Below are positions 7,111 through 8,111 of a stretch of 8,111 nucleotides of DNA, piece after piece. Under the pieces are notes generated by a model. It was not told where the DNA came from. It did not search any database and saw only the letters and a program-made list of their open reading frames with translations. The number at the start of each line of letters is the position of its first letter. Position 1 is the first letter of the stretch. Both the position numbers and the translations under genes were made by a program. Source of the stretch: Octopus sinensis (lineage: Eukaryota); assembly GCF_006345805.1 (NCBI RefSeq), contig NW_021828499.1:1-8111 (forward strand), read 5' to 3'.

Positions 7111-8111
7111 AAAGCTAATTTGATTAATAGCGATGTTGTCATGAAGTGTGATGGCCACAAGTCTCTTCAAATCTCAAGAATCTTAAAATTCTCACAAAAT
7201 ACACGCTGGCACCTTTCTGCTACTTTCCCTATCTCAAATTCTAATATCTTTCAGCCTCTTTTGTAGTTGCTTAGTTGTATCAAAATAGACCAGTTACTAC
7301 AGGAACTATTGTTACCTTTGTCTTCCTCGAGATCTTTCTCTCTCTGACTATGTCATGATATTTCTCAATTATCTTGACTTAGGTATCCACGCTCTGTTAT
7401 CATACATTATTGCAAAGTCTAAGATCGTACTTTGTTTTTATTTCTGTTTTCTGCAATCATATCTGGTCTGCTTCAAATATATCGTTAGACTTTATGAAGA
7501 AACCCTATAAAATCCTGTATAAATCATTCACCATCACGTTCAAACCACTTTATAACTTTGAATATACACGCCCGCTTAACATTCCAATGCAATTTTTTAC
7601 GAACACAATCATGCTTGCACTTATACTCTTTTCAAGATAGCTTACTGCATTAAATCATGTGATGATTAATATCTTCGTCTCCTTTTTCACTGTTTCTGCA
7701 TTTTCTCTCAGAGTAAGTTTTGTGAATCTTTACTTTTATCAAATCCGTTCTAATCATTTGTTCCTAAGCATCTACAGCAGTTTCTCGCTTCATATATTCA
7801 TCCACCAACCACAACCAGCGTTCTTTAGTTCCAGCAGCTTCTGTTTGCTGCCTGAATTGGCTACGTAATTCCTTCTCTAGCCAGCCATTTTTTTTTTCTT
7901 TTACGTCGTTCGTACTTCTCTACTTGAATTCTAAAACTTCACTGATGTTTTGGATATATCTGGCTGCAGACAGTAAAAGCATAGTTTTTGAAACCCCCAG
8001 TATCATACTCCCGATTGTGTCTACTTTTCATTTACTAATAAGTAAAATAGATCGACATTACATTTAGAGTGGTATGCGTAATACATTGTAGGCAGCTTCC
8101 TACTCCATTTT
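7111..8111 (-). mobile_element. Decayed 3' end of an RLE-type non-LTR retrotransposon (R4/Dong-like); continues beyond the window end
   Basis: Minus-strand translation, with stops and frameshifts: RKLPTMYYAYHSKCNVDLFY (post-RT region); WLEKELRSQF..ERWLWL..KRETAVDA*EQMIRTDLIKVKI; CCHC-knuckle relic CRNSEKGDEDINHHMI*CSKL (7700-7647); KEYKCKHDCVRKKLHW; RPDMI (RPD at 7469-7461) and ILDFAIMYD (ILDF at 7425-7414), forming the PD..D endonuclease motif; IEKYHDIVRE..KVTIVPVVTG..QKGASVYFVRILRFL. A short 3' UTR and (TAA)n follow. Confidence 0.88.

Noticed and set aside
7410-7868. Plus-strand ORFs 7410-7640 and 7659-7868
   Set aside because: They are antisense to the decayed RLE retrotransposon frame, which explains the region.

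Overview
This is a repeat-rich, AT-rich eukaryotic window, not a prokaryotic one. The SINE types and microsatellite density resemble octopus (coleoid cephalopod) DNA; that taxon is my inference from recalled repeat families, not from a search. Most ORFs in the supplied track are microsatellite read-throughs. Supported content: (i) two probable minus-strand coding exons of an unidentified gene (1296-1201 and 152-<1), joined in phase by a GT-AG intron; (ii) three tRNA-type SINE copies or fragments sharing a central module; (iii) many simple repeats; (iv) the decayed 3' ~1 kb of an RLE-type non-LTR retrotransposon (R4/Dong-like) on the minus strand, ending in a (TAA)n tail; (v) a ~1.94 kb nested inverted repeat (5137-7080), the most unusual structure. 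Each arm of the inverted repeat is a ~550 bp TAA-bounded repeat, then (TAA)n/(GAA)n, then a ~240 bp inner unit, folded on an almost spacer-free AT hairpin at ~6147. Each inner unit carries an outward-facing, degenerate minimal-hammerhead-like motif followed by AATAAA, reminiscent of Penelope-like element termini. All identities and counts are by eye.
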